NCBI GenBank assembly: GCA_050115495.1
Contig: JASFQK010000037.1
Location: 1 to 64,000 of the forward strand
Reading direction: 5' to 3'
From: Phycisphaerae bacterium
GTDB lineage: Bacteria; Planctomycetota; Phycisphaerae; UBA1845; Fen-1342
Length of the DNA: 64,000 bases
The position numbers and the translations under genes were made by a program. Shown here one piece after another: positions 36,705 through 46,838 of the stretch; within the stretch, counting starts at the first letter, position 1; the number at the start of each line of letters is the position of its first letter. The notes under the pieces are model-generated. The model searched no databases and had not been told where the DNA came from. It worked only from the letters and a program-made list of their open reading frames with translations.

Positions 36705-38279
36705 ATGGAGATTCGAGGACCACTGATGAGCGCATGGACCATCGCGATCGGGCTGACGGCGGTCGTGGCCTGCTACGGGTGCGCCGCACCGCTACCTGAA
36801 CCGGGTCAGAACGCGGCCGCTCCGAAGGTCGACGCGACCGTCTGTATCGACCTCTCTCAGCCGGTGACGACGGATTTCCTGGGCATCGGCGTGCAGTGGG
36901 CGTCGTACCCGTGGTTCGAGCTCTCGTCCGAGGACTGGGACAAGGTCATTCGTCGCGTTGAGTTCCTGCGGCTGCCCTTCAGCCGCGTGATGCTGGACGC
37001 GTTCTGGTATTGCCGTGGATTCGACGGCGACGGCCAGCCGGTATTCGACTGGGACACGCCCTACATGCGGAAGCTCCACCAACTCCTGGACTTCTGCCAG
37101 CGCAACGGGACGACCGTACTGCTGGGGGAGTGGGCTAGGCCGTCCGGCACGGAGCTCGACCTGCACAGCGCCGACCCGCGCTGGACGACGCTCGTTGGCG
37201 AGTCCGTCGCGCACTTCCTGCGAGACCGCAAGTACACGTGCATACGCTACTACAACCTGATCAACGAACCGCACGGTTCGTGGAGCAACATCACCGTCGA
37301 GGACTGGCGCGCGGCGCTGCTGAACCTCGAACGCGAGTTCCAGCGTCGCGGGCTCGATCAGCAGATCCGCATCGCCGCCCCGGATGGCGACCGCAACCTG
37401 ACCACGCGTTCGCTGCGGGATCCCGACCTGCGCCATCTCACTGGCGTTTATGACGAGCACTGGTACGTATACCGCGATGAGATTCGCCGTGGGCTGCTCG
37501 AGCTCTACGCTCGCGAGCAGTTGCGGCAGATCCACCGCGCCGATCCGGGCAAGCCGTTCATTCTCGGCGAACTGGGCATCATGGACGGCAAGACCGAGCG
37601 TGACCAGAACCCGGACGTGTTCCGCTTCTGGTACGGCCTGGCCATGGCCGACGCGGCGATTCAGACGCTCCGCGCCGGCGTCAGCGGCGTGATCGCCTGG
37701 AATCTCGACGACGCCATGTACTTCCTCGGCGACGGCCCGGAGTGCATGAACGCGCTGACCGAGAAGCTCCCGGACGACGCCTACGAACGCCGAAAGATCT
37801 GGGGCATGTGGAACATCCTCGGCGCCGAGCACGGCCAGCCGGAGGAAGAGCAACTTCGGCCGTGGTTCTTTGCCTGGGCGGTGCTGGCCCGGACGTTCCC
37901 CGCCGGTTGCGAGCCGGTGGAGGTCGAAGCGACCGGCATCCCCGGCCTGCGTGTGGCGGCGGCCCGGCTGGCGACGCCCGGCGCGTACTCGATCGCGATC
38001 GTGAATCACGACAAGTGGCCGCGGCGTCTGCGCCTGCACGCGCCCGCCGCGAAGGACGCGGTGACGCTCGACGTATGGGAGTACATCGACGCGGACGGCG
38101 ACGACCGCGTGGACTGCTGGCCCGTCACCGTGGACGCCGACGGACGTGACATTTTCCCCCGCCCGGCGGGACAGCGCCGGGACGTACGCCTGGCGGACGG
38201 ATTGGCGCTGGACGTTCCGGCCGGCGCCCTGCTGGTCCTGACCACGGCCGCGGCGGACGCTCCGGCCGGCTCGGATTGA
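36705..38279 (+). CDS. Clan GH-A glycoside hydrolase (GH5/GH30/GH39-like), probable lipoprotein
   Basis: YYNLINEP (acid/base), PFILGELG (nucleophile), IAWNLDD; hydrophobic leader ending ACYGC. Confidence 0.8.
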   Translation: MEIRGPLMSAWTIAIGLTAVVACYGCAAPLPEPGQNAAAPKVDATVCIDLSQPVTTDFLGIGVQWASYPWFELSSEDWDKVIRRVEFLRLPFSRVMLDAFWYCRGFDGDGQPVFDWDTPYMRKLHQLLDFCQRNGTTVLLGEWARPSGTELDLHSADPRWTTLVGESVAHFLRDRKYTCIRYYNLINEPHGSWSNITVEDWRAALLNLEREFQRRGLDQQIRIAAPDGDRNLTTRSLRDPDLRHLTGVYDEHWYVYRDEIRRGLLELYAREQLRQIHRADPGKPFILGELGIMDGKTERDQNPDVFRFWYGLAMADAAIQTLRAGVSGVIAWNLDDAMYFLGDGPECMNALTEKLPDDAYERRKIWGMWNILGAEHGQPEEEQLRPWFFAWAVLARTFPAGCEPVEVEATGIPGLRVAAARLATPGAYSIAIVNHDKWPRRLRLHAPAAKDAVTLDVWEYIDADGDDRVDCWPVTVDADGRDIFPRPAGQRRDVRLADGLALDVPAGALLVLTTAAADAPAGSD

Positions 38280-38295
38280 AGAGGCGAGACGAACG

Positions 38296-40311
38296 ATGAC
38301 GATATTGAGCGGCCTGGATTACGCGATCATCGGCCTGTACATCGTTGGGCTGGTGGCGTTGGGCCTGTGGTTCCGGCGAATCGCCTCGCGGAACATGAAT
38401 TCCTACTTCCTGGCAGAGAAGAGCCTGCCCTGGTGGATGCTGGGTATCTCCGGCATGGGCTACTCGCTCGATCTCGCCGGTACGATGCTCATCATCTCGC
38501 TCCTGTACATCTTCGGGCCGCGTGGGCTGTTCATCGAGTTCCGCGGCGGCCTGTCGTTGGCCATGATCTGCCAGATGATCTGGACCGGTAAGTGGCACCG
38601 CCGGTCCGGGTGCATGACGGTTGCCGAGTGGATGACGTTCCGCTTCGGCGAAGGACAGGGCGGGAAGTTCGCGCGGGCGGCGACGGCGGTGGTGTTCATC
38701 GTCTTCACGGCCAGCATGCTGACCTACCTGGCGGTGGGCACGGGCATGTTCCTGTCGCAGTTCGTTCCCTTCACACCGTTCCAGTGCTCGCTCGTGCTCA
38801 TCGGCGCTGCGGCGGTCAGCACCGTGATGTCCGGCCTGTACGGCGTCGTATTTGCTGACTTGTTCCAGTGCGCGTTAATCGTGATCGGCATCGTCATTGT
38901 CTGTGTGCTGGCGCTCGGTCGCATGGACGACGCGGCGACGTTTGCCCACGTTGCCCAGACGGTGACCGGCGCTGCGGAATGGACGCACTCGTTTCCGGAC
39001 TGGACGGCCACCGTCCCGCCCGACTACGAGCAGTACAAGCCTCTCTTCATGTACACGATGGTGTTCCTGGTGCTCAACAAGCTGATCATCGGCGGCTTCG
39101 GCACCGGCCACGAGCCGCAGTTCTTCGCGGCTCGCGACGAGCGCGAGTGCGGACTGCTGGCCTGGCTTTGGTCCACGCTGATGCTGGCCCGCTGGCCGTT
39201 CATGATCGCCTTCGCCATCCTCGGCATCTACATGGTGCAGAGCTTCTTCCCCAATCCCGACGAGATCAACCAGGCCGTCGCGCTCATCCAGCAGCACGTG
39301 CCCACCGATTCGGCCGCCGCCTGGCGTGAGGTTCTCAGCCAGATCAAGCTGCACCCGGATCAGCACGCCGACCTCGTCGCCTCCCTGCAAGGGGTGCTGG
39401 GCACGGACTGGACCAGCAAGATCGAGTTGCTCGGCTTCAAGGGCACGATCAACGCCGAGCGCATCGTCCCCGTCGTCATCATCTACGGCATCCCGGCCGG
39501 CGTTCGCGGGCTGCTCCTGGTCGCCCTCATGGCGGCGTCGCTCTCGACGTTCAACGTCACCGTGAACAAGGCCGCGGCCATGTGGACGAACGACCTGTAC
39601 AAGCCGTTCATGCGGCCGCAGGCCGAGACCCGCGAGCTGCTGATGAGCACGTACGTGTTCTGCGCCCTGCTCATCGGCCTGTCGTTCGCCGTGGCCTACG
39701 TCGTGCCCGACATCAACTCCATCTGGGGCTGGATCACGATGGGGCTGGCGTCCGGCATCGGCATGCCACTGCTGCTGCGCTTCTACTGGTGGCGATTCAA
39801 CGGGGCCGGCTTCGCCGCCGGCATGTTCGGCGGTCTGGCCGCGGCCCTCGCGGTCATGGCCTACAACACCTGCTATCCGAAGGAGGCCCTCAGCGAAGTG
39901 ACGCAGTTCCTCATCCTCACGCCGATCTCGGCGGCCTACGCGATCGTCGGCACCTACCTGGGCCGCTCGACGCCGGCGCCCGTGCTCGATCGCTTCTACC
40001 GCCTGACGCGGCCGTTCGGGTTCTGGGGGAATTACCTGCAACGGCTCGCTCCGCAGGAGCGCATTGCGGCGCGTCGCGAGCACCGCAATGACCTCATCTC
40101 GCTGCCGATCGCGTTTGTCTGGATGGTCACCATGTACCTAGCCCCGATGCAGTTCATGATCGGTCGGTACGCCGCGGGCGGCGTGTCCACCGCATTGTTC
40201 GTCCTGAGCTGTGTGGGCCTGTACGTGTTCTGGTACCGCAACCTCCCGTCTTCGGCCCCGCGCTCGGGGCCCGAGCCTGCTGATGCAGAGGCTCAGAAAG
40301 TCGTCCCATGA
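38296..40311 (+). CDS. Sodium:solute symporter (SSS) family protein
   Basis: LDYAII.LY, SYFLAEKSLPWW, GLYGVV.AD, PAGVRGLLLVALMAASLST, LRFYWWRFN; many TM helices. Confidence 0.92.
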   Translation: MTILSGLDYAIIGLYIVGLVALGLWFRRIASRNMNSYFLAEKSLPWWMLGISGMGYSLDLAGTMLIISLLYIFGPRGLFIEFRGGLSLAMICQMIWTGKWHRRSGCMTVAEWMTFRFGEGQGGKFARAATAVVFIVFTASMLTYLAVGTGMFLSQFVPFTPFQCSLVLIGAAAVSTVMSGLYGVVFADLFQCALIVIGIVIVCVLALGRMDDAATFAHVAQTVTGAAEWTHSFPDWTATVPPDYEQYKPLFMYTMVFLVLNKLIIGGFGTGHEPQFFAARDERECGLLAWLWSTLMLARWPFMIAFAILGIYMVQSFFPNPDEINQAVALIQQHVPTDSAAAWREVLSQIKLHPDQHADLVASLQGVLGTDWTSKIELLGFKGTINAERIVPVVIIYGIPAGVRGLLLVALMAASLSTFNVTVNKAAAMWTNDLYKPFMRPQAETRELLMSTYVFCALLIGLSFAVAYVVPDINSIWGWITMGLASGIGMPLLLRFYWWRFNGAGFAAGMFGGLAAALAVMAYNTCYPKEALSEVTQFLILTPISAAYAIVGTYLGRSTPAPVLDRFYRLTRPFGFWGNYLQRLAPQERIAARREHRNDLISLPIAFVWMVTMYLAPMQFMIGRYAAGGVSTALFVLSCVGLYVFWYRNLPSSAPRSGPEPADAEAQKVVP

Positions 40312-41318
40312 AGCTCGCACGCTACGAAGGCAACCCGATTCTGAAACCGGATCCGGAGCACTCCTGGGAGTCGATGGTCACGACCAACCCCGGGGCCTGG
40401 TATGACGAGGAGCGGCGCGAAGTGCTGCTGCTGTACCGGGCGGCCGGCTTCGACGAGCAGCACGTCATTCGGCTCGGGCTCGCCCGCAGCCGCGACGGAC
40501 GCAACTTCGAGCGCGAGCCGGAGCCCGTCTTCGGCCCGAGCCGCGACGGCTTCGACGCGGGCTGCGTGGAAGATGCCCGCATCGTTCGCATGAACGACTA
40601 CTTCTACATCACCTACGCCAGCCGCCCGTTTCCGCCGGGGCAGTACTGGCTGAACAACCACGTTCCGTATCGCGTGCCGAAGTGTCCGCCCGAGTTCCCG
40701 CAGCGCCTGCGCTCCAACGCGACGGCTACCGGCCTCGCCATCACGCGTGACTTCAAGACGTTCATCCGGGCCGGGCGCGTCACCGACCCGCTCGTCGACG
40801 ACCGCAACGTGATCCTCTTCCCCGAGCGGATCGGCGGCGAGTTCTGGATGCTGCACCGGCCGATGGAATGGCTGGGCCGCGGCTTCGGCACCGACCACCC
40901 TGCCATCTGGATCGCGCACGGCCAGGATCTGCTGAGCATGCGCGACTCGCGTCTGCTCTGCACCGCCCGGCAGCCTTGGGAACGGAAGATGGGGGCCAAC
41001 ACGCCGCCGCTGCGGACCGAGTTCGGCTGGCTGACCCTCTATCACGCCGTCGGGCCGGACAACCGCTACCGCCTCGGGGCGCTGCTGTTGAAGCTGGACG
41101 AGCCGACCCGCGTGCTGCACCGGACGCCGGAGTGGCTGTTGCAGCCGGAGATGGAGTACGAGGTCGACGGGATGTACGCCGGCTGCGTCTTTCCCTGCGG
41201 CAAGGTCGTCATCGACGGCGTGCTGCACGTGTACTACGGCGGCGCCGACCGCTTCGTCGCCCTGGCCACCTGCCCGCTCGATGAGCTGTTGAAGTACCTT
41301 CGCACCTGCCCGGCGTAA
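40308..41318 (+). CDS. GH130 family mannoside phosphorylase/glycosidase
   Basis: RYEGNPIL, NPGA, LLYRA, VEDARI, LHRP, WLTLYH, CVFPCG, YYGGAD. Confidence 0.9.
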   Translation: MKLARYEGNPILKPDPEHSWESMVTTNPGAWYDEERREVLLLYRAAGFDEQHVIRLGLARSRDGRNFEREPEPVFGPSRDGFDAGCVEDARIVRMNDYFYITYASRPFPPGQYWLNNHVPYRVPKCPPEFPQRLRSNATATGLAITRDFKTFIRAGRVTDPLVDDRNVILFPERIGGEFWMLHRPMEWLGRGFGTDHPAIWIAHGQDLLSMRDSRLLCTARQPWERKMGANTPPLRTEFGWLTLYHAVGPDNRYRLGALLLKLDEPTRVLHRTPEWLLQPEMEYEVDGMYAGCVFPCGKVVIDGVLHVYYGGADRFVALATCPLDELLKYLRTCPA

Positions 41319-41441
41319 CCGCCGGCCCGTCCGGCGTTCACCAGGTGCGGACGACCCCGGACGCGCCCGCGCCCGGGTAGGGGAGGGAATGCGGCGAAGT
41401 CGACCCCTGCCTCATCGCCGTCGGCGTGATACTATGTCGGG

Positions 41442-42203
41442 ATGTCTACAACGGATAGATACTCGGTGGAGACGCCGGAGAGCGTCGAGGTCAGCTTCGA
41501 GCTGGCCGGTCCCGGCTCTCGCTTCTGCGCGCTGGCGATCGACACGATACTCATGTGGCTCGTGGCGTTTGTGGTCATCATCGTCGCTGCATGTGGCGGC
41601 CTGCCGCTGCTCAGCGGGGATTCGGACGACCCGTTCGATCGGCTGGGTGGTTGGGTCACCGCCGTCATTATCCTCGCCGTGTCGGTGGTGATGTTCGGCT
41701 ACTACACGCTGCTCGAGCTGCTGCTGAACGGGCAGACGCCGGGCAAACGCTACCTGCAAATCCGCGTCATTCGCGACGACGGTACGCCGGCGACGGCACT
41801 CGACATCCTCATTCGCAACCTGGTTCGTATCGTGGACGCTCTTCCCGGTCTCTACGTTGTCGGTGGCATCGCCGCCCTCCTGCACCCGCAATACAAGCGT
41901 CTGGGCGACATGGCTGCCGGGACGATCGTGGTCAAGGAGTCGGAGCCGGATTACCGCGCGGCCGCCGATCGCCGCCGCGCGCCGCAGCTCCCCGAAGCGC
42001 ACATCACGTACGGCGCACTCAGTGCCGAGGAAAGCCGTCTGGTACGCGGCTTCCTGCAACGCCGGATCGAACTGCTCCCCGAGGCCCGCGCGGCTCTGGC
42101 CCAGGGGCTGGCGGAACGGCTGCACGCCCGGCATGGCGGGGACACCAGCGATCCCGAGACGTACCTCGAGCTTCTGGCGGAAGGACGGCACCTTGACGCC
42201 TGA
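41442..42203 (+). CDS. RDD family membrane protein
   Basis: ETPE.V..ELAGPGSRF.A..ID, GQTPGKR, IRNLVRIVD, KRLGDMAAGTIVV. Confidence 0.92.
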   Translation: MSTTDRYSVETPESVEVSFELAGPGSRFCALAIDTILMWLVAFVVIIVAACGGLPLLSGDSDDPFDRLGGWVTAVIILAVSVVMFGYYTLLELLLNGQTPGKRYLQIRVIRDDGTPATALDILIRNLVRIVDALPGLYVVGGIAALLHPQYKRLGDMAAGTIVVKESEPDYRAAADRRRAPQLPEAHITYGALSAEESRLVRGFLQRRIELLPEARAALAQGLAERLHARHGGDTSDPETYLELLAEGRHLDA

Positions 42204-43200
42204 CGAGCTGATCGCCGAACGACGGCCGGTCTGGGACGAGCTGGACGAACTGGTACGCCGTGCCCAGCGGCGCGGGCCGCGGTCGCTTTCGGGCGAGCAA
42301 GCCCATCGGCTCATCCACCTGTATCGAGACGTCAGTGCCGACTTGGCCCGCCTGCAGGCCCTGGGGGCCGAGCCCGACCAGCTCCGCGGCGTTAACCGCG
42401 TCGTTAGCCGTGCCCACGGCCAGCTCTACGGCCGGCGGCCGCGATCACGGCTGTCGTTGTGGCGGTTCTTCGCGAGTGACTACCCGCGGCTGGTTCGCCG
42501 GCGGTGGCCCTTCCTGGCGGCGAGCCTGGCCATCTTCCTGGCCTTCTCCGGCATGGGCTACCTGAGTGTGCAGACCAACCCGTCCGTCGTGGCAGACCTG
42601 CTGGGCGGGGCGGAAGACGAGTTTCGCGGTGACAAAACCGGCGAGGACTTCCGAGCCCGCTTCGAGAATACGTCCTCCCCGCTGCTGTCGAGCTGGGTCA
42701 CGACGAACAACATCCGCGTTGCCTTCATGGCATACGCGCTGGGCATTACCGCCGGCGTCGGGACCGTCTACGCACTCATGATCAACGGTACGATGCTCGG
42801 CGGGTTCGCCGGCGCCTATGCGCAGGATGGGGCCCAGTGGGAGTTCTGGCAGACGGTGCTCGTGCATGGGGCGCTCGAACTGACGGCGATTGTCATAGCC
42901 GCCGGCGCGGGACTCTTGATGGGGTTTGCGCTGTGGTGTCCGGGCCGCCGAACGCGGATGCGGGCGCTGCGCGAGGATGCTCGGGACGCCGCGCTCATCG
43001 TGCTGGGGCTCATACCGGCGTTCATCGTCGCCGGTTTCCTGGAGGGCTTCGTCACGCCCGCCCAGAACATTCCGGCGGGCGTCAAGCTCGCGCTGGGCGT
43101 CGCGATCATGGGCATCTACTGGCTGTACCTGGCGGTGGGGGGGCTGAGAAGATCATCGGTGGGGCCCGACACGCCGCTACGCCGCACGGTTCTGCGCTAG
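42193..43200 (+). CDS. SpoIIM (DUF95) family membrane protein
   Basis: TTG start overlapping the RDD stop; W.EL..L, LYR..SADLA, NNIRVAF, NG.MLG, HGALEL, AGFLEGFVTP. Confidence 0.88.
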   Translation: MTPDELIAERRPVWDELDELVRRAQRRGPRSLSGEQAHRLIHLYRDVSADLARLQALGAEPDQLRGVNRVVSRAHGQLYGRRPRSRLSLWRFFASDYPRLVRRRWPFLAASLAIFLAFSGMGYLSVQTNPSVVADLLGGAEDEFRGDKTGEDFRARFENTSSPLLSSWVTTNNIRVAFMAYALGITAGVGTVYALMINGTMLGGFAGAYAQDGAQWEFWQTVLVHGALELTAIVIAAGAGLLMGFALWCPGRRTRMRALREDARDAALIVLGLIPAFIVAGFLEGFVTPAQNIPAGVKLALGVAIMGIYWLYLAVGGLRRSSVGPDTPLRRTVLR

Positions 43201-43214
43201 GCGGGCCTGTTGAA

Positions 43215-43302
43215 GCGTCGGAAAAGGGGACTGGCTCCGCGCCAGAGACTCTGCATTATGGCGCGGCACGCTCACCGCGGTGCCTGTCCCCTTTTTCGAC
43301 GC
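43215..43302. repeat. REP/MITE-like inverted-repeat element between convergent operons
   Basis: 27-bp arms GCGTCGGAAAAGGGGACTGGCTCCGCG and CGCGGTGCCTGTCCCCTTTTTCGACGC (3 mismatches), 34-nt spacer. Confidence 0.75.
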
Positions 43303-43312
43303 GCGCCGAGCC

Positions 43313-44623
43313 TCAGAAGCGGCCGCTACGCTTCAGGGCCAGGTAGCGGGACAGGACGGCGGGCGTGAGATCGCGCGGATCGACGTCGAGCACGTCCACG
43401 CCGCTCTTGCGCATACGTTCGAGGGCGAGTCGCCGCTCGTCGCGGGTCTGTATGGCCACGGCCTTGACGTAGCAGTCATCGACCGTGGACGGCGCCGCGG
43501 CGACCTGCCGTTCCAGTTCACGGTTCTGCAACGTCACGCACAGCGGCCGGTGGTGCCGCACGAAACGGCCCATGTGTGCCAGCAGCGTCGCCGACGCCAC
43601 CGGGTCGATTACGTCCGTGAGGAGCACGATCAGCGAGCGCTTGCGGTGCCGCAGCGCCAGGAAGCGGCAGGCACGGTCGTAATTCGACTCGCGCACGCGG
43701 GCCTCCAGCCGGTACAGGGCCTCATTCATGCGCCGCAGGGCTCCGCCGCCCCGCGTCGGCGGGACGTACGCCTCGATCTCGTCGCTGAACCCCAGCAGCC
43801 CGAGCGAATCACCTTCCTTCATCGCCGCATAGGTGAGCATGATCGTCGCGTTGATGGCGTAGTCGAGCCGGGAGATGCCGTCGGCCTGGGTGGTCATCAA
43901 CCGGCCGCAGTCGAGCATGACGACGATGTTCTGGCTTCGCTCGGCGCCGAACTCACGCACGATGAGCCGGCTCCGTCGGGCGGTGGCTTTCCAGGCGATG
44001 TCGCGGACGTCGTCGCCGGGCAGGTATTCACGCAGGCTTTCGAACTGGTGGCCCTGGCCGCGCTCGGTGGCCCGCCGCAAGCCGAGCGCCTGCATGCGGT
44101 GCCGCTGGAGAGCCATCTCGTAGTGGCGCAGATTCTGCACGTTCGGGTAGACCTTCACCGGCGTGCGCAGGTGGATGCGCTGTTGCCGTACCAGCAGCCC
44201 CAGCACCGTCGCACAACGCACGTGAATGTCGCCGAACTCGTAGAGCCCCCGAGCGTGCGGCCGGGCGCGGTAGCGCAGCGTGGCCCGCGTGTGCGCCGGC
44301 AGGCGGGCCGCCATGAGCGGTGGTTCAACCGCCATCCCGTCGGGCACATCGTCGGTCAGGGCCACCGACAGCGTTCGCCCGCTGCCGTTGCGTACGTCCC
44401 AGCCGGCCTCGTTCCAGGCGTCGAGCGACAGGAATGGCGGGATGGCCCGCTCGATCTCGAGGGACGCCAGCCGCGGCGACCAGAACCAGTCTAGCAGCGC
44501 CAGCAGGACGAACGTCACGTCCAGCGCGAGCCCGATGGCCAGCCCGCCCGGTCCGCGAGCCACCAGCAGGATCGCCGCCGGTAGCGCCAGCAGAAGCAGC
44601 AGTTTGCGGGTGGGCAGAATCAC
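43313..44623 (-). CDS. DUF58 domain protein (MoxR-associated, vWA-like)
   Basis: FESLREYLPGDDVRDIAWKATAR, MLDCGRLM, LIVLLTD. Confidence 0.92.
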   Translation of the reverse strand: MILPTRKLLLLLALPAAILLVARGPGGLAIGLALDVTFVLLALLDWFWSPRLASLEIERAIPPFLSLDAWNEAGWDVRNGSGRTLSVALTDDVPDGMAVEPPLMAARLPAHTRATLRYRARPHARGLYEFGDIHVRCATVLGLLVRQQRIHLRTPVKVYPNVQNLRHYEMALQRHRMQALGLRRATERGQGHQFESLREYLPGDDVRDIAWKATARRSRLIVREFGAERSQNIVVMLDCGRLMTTQADGISRLDYAINATIMLTYAAMKEGDSLGLLGFSDEIEAYVPPTRGGGALRRMNEALYRLEARVRESNYDRACRFLALRHRKRSLIVLLTDVIDPVASATLLAHMGRFVRHHRPLCVTLQNRELERQVAAAPSTVDDCYVKAVAIQTRDERRLALERMRKSGVDVLDVDPRDLTPAVLSRYLALKRSGRF

Positions 44624-44641
44624 CGGCCGGCCCTCGTTGGC

Positions 44642-45607
44642 TCAGGCACTCAGCCGCGGCACCTCGATACGTTCGACCACCTGGCGAATCGCGTCGTCCG
44701 GCCGCAGGCCCTCGATCTCCGCCTCCGGCTGAAGGAGCACGCGGTGCCGTAACGATGGGACGACCAGGTCGCGGACGTCTTCTGGCGTCACGTAGTCCCG
44801 TTCGCGCAGCAGGGCCATCGCCCGCGATGCCTGGAACAGCGTAACGCCCGCCCGTGGACTGGCGCCGAGGGCCAGGGCGTGCGACTCGCGCGTGGCTCGC
44901 ACGATCGATGTGATGTAGTGCATGACCTCGGGCACGACGCGGACGGTGCGGATCGTCGCCTGGGCGTCGGCGAGGCCCTTCCCGTCCGTGCAGGGCTCGA
45001 TTCCGAACGTGTCGTGGCACGCCGCGTCGAAACCCTGCTCGTAGCGGTGGAGGATTTCCTGCTCGTCAGCCTCCGGCGGATAACCCGCCAGCGACTTGAA
45101 CATGAAGCGGTCGAGCTGCGCCTCGGGTAGAGGATAGGTCCCTTCGTACTCGATGGGGTTCTGCGTGGCGAATGTGGTGAACACCGGGCTGAGGGCCCGC
45201 GTCTGCCCGTCGATGGTGACCTGCCGCTCCTGCATCGCCTCGAGCAGGGCCGACTGCGTGCGAGCCGGCGCCCGGTTGATCTCGTCGGCCAGCAGCAGGT
45301 CGCAGAAGACCGGGCCCGGTATGAACTCGAATACGCGCTGCGCCTCGCGGTAGACATTCACGCCGAGCAGGTCGGCGGGCATTACGTCCGGCGTGAATTG
45401 AATCCGCCGAAACGTGCCCCCCACCACCAGGGCCAGCGCTCGGACGAGCAGCGTCTTCGCCGTCCCGGGCGGACCTTCCAGCAGGACGTGTCCGCCGGCC
45501 AGCAGGGCGACGAGCACTTCGTCCAGAAGGGTGTCCTGGCCGATGATGACTCTATTGAGCTCGGCGCGCAAGCGCCGGGCGAGTTCGATCGTGTTTTCCA
45601 ACGCCAT
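44642..45607 (-). CDS. moxR: MoxR family AAA+ ATPase
   Basis: GHVLLEGPPGTAKT, RIQFTPD.MPAD, LADEINRAP, ALLEAMQERQVT, ATQNPIE.EGTYPLPEAQLDRF. Confidence 0.95.
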   Translation of the reverse strand: MALENTIELARRLRAELNRVIIGQDTLLDEVLVALLAGGHVLLEGPPGTAKTLLVRALALVVGGTFRRIQFTPDVMPADLLGVNVYREAQRVFEFIPGPVFCDLLLADEINRAPARTQSALLEAMQERQVTIDGQTRALSPVFTTFATQNPIEYEGTYPLPEAQLDRFMFKSLAGYPPEADEQEILHRYEQGFDAACHDTFGIEPCTDGKGLADAQATIRTVRVVPEVMHYITSIVRATRESHALALGASPRAGVTLFQASRAMALLRERDYVTPEDVRDLVVPSLRHRVLLQPEAEIEGLRPDDAIRQVVERIEVPRLSA

Positions 45608-46838
45608 GCTCAAGCGCCTCCACAACCGTGTCCAACCGCCGAGCCAGGTGTAGCAGGGCGGCGTCGTTGACGATCCGCGCTGGCCCGGTCAACTGCTCGG
45701 CGATCTCACTCTCCTGGGCCTGACCGCGACGTTGCAGTGCATCAGCCAGCTCGACGCTGCCAGCCTGCGGCGACAGACGCAGCAGGCCGCACAGTCGCTC
45801 GCGGTAATAGCTGCATACGGCGGCGGCCGCCACCTCCCGGGCTCGCGCCGCCCGCAGAAACTGCCCGGCGGCCCGCGTGAATTCGCCCTGCGTCCGTCGC
45901 CGCGCCGGCGGAACGTGCTCCGCCCGGCCGAAACGTACGCCGCCGGCCGCCAGGGCCAGCAGCGCCACGATCAGGGCCTGCGTCACCGGCCACGCCCAAC
46001 GCCCATCCCACAGGAGCTGGAACATGGCCTGCCACATATCCGGCTCATGCGGGAAGCCGGCGTGGTATTCATCGAACGCGAACGCGGCGGTCCGATCGCC
46101 GTCGGTCAGCGACTCCGCCAAGCTGGCTAGCCAGAGAGCATGACCACCCTCGTCGAGCCCGCGGTTCGTCAGGGCGTGCACGTCGGCGAGGGCGAGGATG
46201 CGGCCGGATCCCCAGCGCGTCTCGAAGGCCAGCACGCCCTGTTCATCGGCCCACAACACCTCGAACGGTAGGTCGGCACTGGGCCAGAGCAGCGGTTGCT
46301 CGGGATGAAAGCGGAGCGAATCCCGGGCGACCAGCAACTCTTCGCCGAGCGGGTGACACGTCGCCGGCGAGATTTCCTCGTCCGGGACCGCGTCCTCGGT
46401 CGCGGGCGACGTCTCGCGGGCGTAGGCAAACCACGTGCCCGGGCCGCAACAACCCTCTTCACAAGCGCAGCACCTCACCTCGCGCTCCGGCGCCACGAGG
46501 AGGTTGTGCCCCTCGGCGACCCACCGGCTCAGCACGCGCGCTTCGTAGTCGCTGACGCCCTGCGCTGGCCGCAACAGCACGAGCGCGTCGATCCTCGCCA
46601 GCGTGTCCGTGTCGATTGGCCGTCGCAACCGCTGCACGTCGTAGCCGAGCTTGTCCAGTACGAGGTAGGCCGCCTTCGTGCCGTAAGGGGCGTTGAAGAA
46701 CGTGGAGGGCTGCTCGCGCAGGCCGCCAGCTTTGGCGGGCGGCAGCACCAGCCAGATCAGCAGCGCCAGCACGATGGCCGCCGTCAGCGCTACCGCCAGC
46801 AGCCTCAGATCACGCCTTGTCTGCAGGTCCAGCTTCAC
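45552..46838 (-). CDS. DUF4350 domain membrane protein
   Basis: PSTFFNAPYGTKAAY, GSGRILAL, LTN..L, FDEYHAG, RFGR; position in the MoxR cluster. Confidence 0.85.
   Translation of the reverse strand: MKLDLQTRRDLRLLAVALTAAIVLALLIWLVLPPAKAGGLREQPSTFFNAPYGTKAAYLVLDKLGYDVQRLRRPIDTDTLARIDALVLLRPAQGVSDYEARVLSRWVAEGHNLLVAPEREVRCCACEEGCCGPGTWFAYARETSPATEDAVPDEEISPATCHPLGEELLVARDSLRFHPEQPLLWPSADLPFEVLWADEQGVLAFETRWGSGRILALADVHALTNRGLDEGGHALWLASLAESLTDGDRTAAFAFDEYHAGFPHEPDMWQAMFQLLWDGRWAWPVTQALIVALLALAAGGVRFGRAEHVPPARRRTQGEFTRAAGQFLRAARAREVAAAAVCSYYRERLCGLLRLSPQAGSVELADALQRRGQAQESEIAEQLTGPARIVNDAALLHLARRLDTVVEALEHGVGKHDRTRPALARRAQ

Noticed and set aside
42193..43200. Sporulation function for the SpoIIM-family gene
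   Set aside because: Context is the widespread RDD/DUF58/MoxR cluster, unrelated to sporulation
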